The notes beneath the pieces were generated by a model. The model saw only the letters and a program-made list of their open reading frames with translations. It ran no database searches and was not told where the DNA came from. 64,000 bases of DNA from Sulfurospirillaceae bacterium (GTDB lineage: Bacteria > Campylobacterota > Campylobacteria > Campylobacterales > Sulfurospirillaceae). Made by a program: the position numbers and the translations under genes. Position 1 is the first letter of the stretch. Every line of letters starts with the position of its first letter. Positions 62,371 through 64,000 of this stretch are shown piece by piece. The stretch covers positions 397,090 to 461,089 of the forward strand of contig JAWVXD010000001.1 in NCBI GenBank assembly GCA_033723415.1, given 5' to 3'.

Positions 62371-63825
62371 ATGAGTAGTGAATTAGGAACACTGGATACA
62401 AAACGACCGGATTTTGATGAGATTTTAACAGACATCGCACGCTATGCGAGTGATTACGTGATACAAAGTGATGAGGCGTACGATACGGCGAGGTATTGCC
62501 TGATGGACACGATAGGATGTGGATTATTGGCACTCAAATATCCAAACTGTACCAAACTTTTAGGACCCGTTGTACCGGGAGCTAATTTTCCGGGTCTTGG
62601 GGCTAAGGTTCCGGGGACATCTTATCAGCTAGAGCCGGAGCGTGCGGCATTTAACATAGGAGCCATGGTGAGATGGCTTGATTATAACGATACGTGGCTG
62701 GCAGCCGAATGGGGGCATCCAAGCGATAACTTAGGTGCTATTTGGGCGGTTGCCGATTATCTAAGCCGAAAAAACTTGGTTGAGGGCAAAAAAGCTTTAA
62801 AAGTCAAAGATGTCTTGAGCGCAATGATAAAAGCACATGAGATACAAGGTGTGCTGGCACTTGAAAACTGCTTTAACCGTGAGGGGATGGATCATGTACT
62901 CTTGGTTCGTATCGCTTCAACTGCCGTAGCGTGTGCGATGCTCGGCGGTAGTTTTGAAGAAGTAAGAAATGCAGTGAGTCACGCTTTTATAGACGGCGGC
63001 GCACTTCGTACTTACCGCCATGCGCCCAATACCGGTTCAAGAAAATCCTGGGCTGCAGGAGATGCCAGCAGTCGTGGTGTCAATCTCGCCCTTAAAGCAT
63101 TGAGCGGCGAGATGGGGTATCCCTCAGCAATCAGTGCCAAAGCCTGGGGTTTTGAGGATGTGAAGATGCGAGGCAAAAAACTAAGCGTGCCACAACCTTA
63201 TGAAAGCTACGTCATGGAAAATGTCTTGTTCAAGATCAGTTTTCCTGCAGAATTTCACGCACAAACGGCATGTGAGTGTGCCGTAACACTTCATGATGAG
63301 GTTAAGAATAGACTGGATGACATCGAAAAGATCGTTATAACAACACAAGAGTCAGGTCACCGTATCATCAACAAAGTCGGACCGCTTGCCAATCCGGCAG
63401 ACAGGGACCACTGCATCCAGTATATGGTAGCCATCCCGCTCATTTACGGTGAACTCACGGCTGATTATTATGAAGATGAAGCTGCCAGTGATCCAAGAAT
63501 CGATGCGCTCAGAGATAAGATGATCGTAGAAGTCGATGATGAGTACACCAAAGAGTACCTTGAAGCGGATAAACGCTCGATCGCCAATGCCGTTCAAGTC
63601 TTTTTCAAAGACGGCACAAAAACTGAGAAAATAGAAGTACGATACCCAATAGGACACCGTAGAAGAAGAGCAGAAGGAATTCCAGTATTGGTTGAAAAAT
63701 TCAAATTTAACCTCAAAACCAGATTATCTCCTAAAAATGCTGCATTTATTACAAAGATTTGTGAATCAAAAGAAGAGTTGGAAAATATGAATTTTAACGA
63801 ATTTAGCGATCTTTTTGCAATGTAA
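62371..63825 (+). CDS. prpD: 2-methylcitrate dehydratase
   Basis: [44 protein letters not shown]. Confidence 0.96.
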   Translation: MSSELGTLDTKRPDFDEILTDIARYASDYVIQSDEAYDTARYCLMDTIGCGLLALKYPNCTKLLGPVVPGANFPGLGAKVPGTSYQLEPERAAFNIGAMVRWLDYNDTWLAAEWGHPSDNLGAIWAVADYLSRKNLVEGKKALKVKDVLSAMIKAHEIQGVLALENCFNREGMDHVLLVRIASTAVACAMLGGSFEEVRNAVSHAFIDGGALRTYRHAPNTGSRKSWAAGDASSRGVNLALKALSGEMGYPSAISAKAWGFEDVKMRGKKLSVPQPYESYVMENVLFKISFPAEFHAQTACECAVTLHDEVKNRLDDIEKIVITTQESGHRIINKVGPLANPADRDHCIQYMVAIPLIYGELTADYYEDEAASDPRIDALRDKMIVEVDDEYTKEYLEADKRSIANAVQVFFKDGTKTEKIEVRYPIGHRRRRAEGIPVLVEKFKFNLKTRLSPKNAAFITKICESKEELENMNFNEFSDLFAM

Positions 63826-63831
63826 CATGAG

Positions 63832-63859
63832 ATTTAGAGGTGCATTTGCACCTCTAAAT
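63832..63859. terminator. Bidirectional terminator-like inverted repeat
   Basis: ATTTAGAGGTGCA-TT-TGCACCTCTAAAT between convergent genes. Confidence 0.75.
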
Positions 63860-63875
63860 ATTTTTAGAGTTAAAT

Positions 63876-64000
63876 CTAGCAGATAACCACAGATTTGATC
63901 TGAGTATATTCTTCTTCAAGGGCATGTTTTGGTCCCTCTTTGCCGATACCGCTATCTTTCACGCCGCCATATGGCTGTATATCAAAGCGTAATGTCGGAA
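63876..64000 (-). CDS. C-terminus of an aldehyde dehydrogenase (truncated by window)
   Basis: Minus strand reads [40 protein letters not shown]. Confidence 0.85.
   Translation of the reverse strand, partial: PTLRFDIQPYGGVKDSGIGKEGPKHALEEEYTQIKSVVIC

Overview
AT-rich chromosome segment of a Campylobacterota (Epsilonproteobacteria)-type bacterium (XerH, CprRS-like pair, cbpA-hspR, fliL-acpS, ribBA and rny-ftsY-radA gene orders), apparently spanning the replication terminus because it contains xerH and a difH-like site. The main discovery is a ~9.2 kb integrase-less provirus (about 11532-20767) inserted in the difH-like site beside xerH. It encodes a winged-helix Rep, a holin, an A32/FtsK-type packaging ATPase, a 319-aa beta-rich protein resembling the STIV double-jelly-roll major capsid protein, many small C-terminally anchored membrane proteins, a fibre-like module, a murein hydrolase and a lipoprotein moron. 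It therefore looks like a tailless, membrane-containing virus that uses host XerH to integrate. Its ends suggest a recombinational switch: only after circularisation does a right-end promoter and RBS-bearing ORF read through the att site and stop in an ATGA overlap with the rep start codon. The rest of the window holds a tungsten aldehyde:ferredoxin oxidoreductase (AOR) cluster, a small redox/MFS islet, a 953-aa repeat membrane protein, housekeeping genes, tRNA-Gln and tRNA-fMet, and a prpE-prpB-prpC-prpD methylcitrate operon with a divergent uncharacterised HTH gene. All protein calls come from motif recognition by eye; no searches were run.
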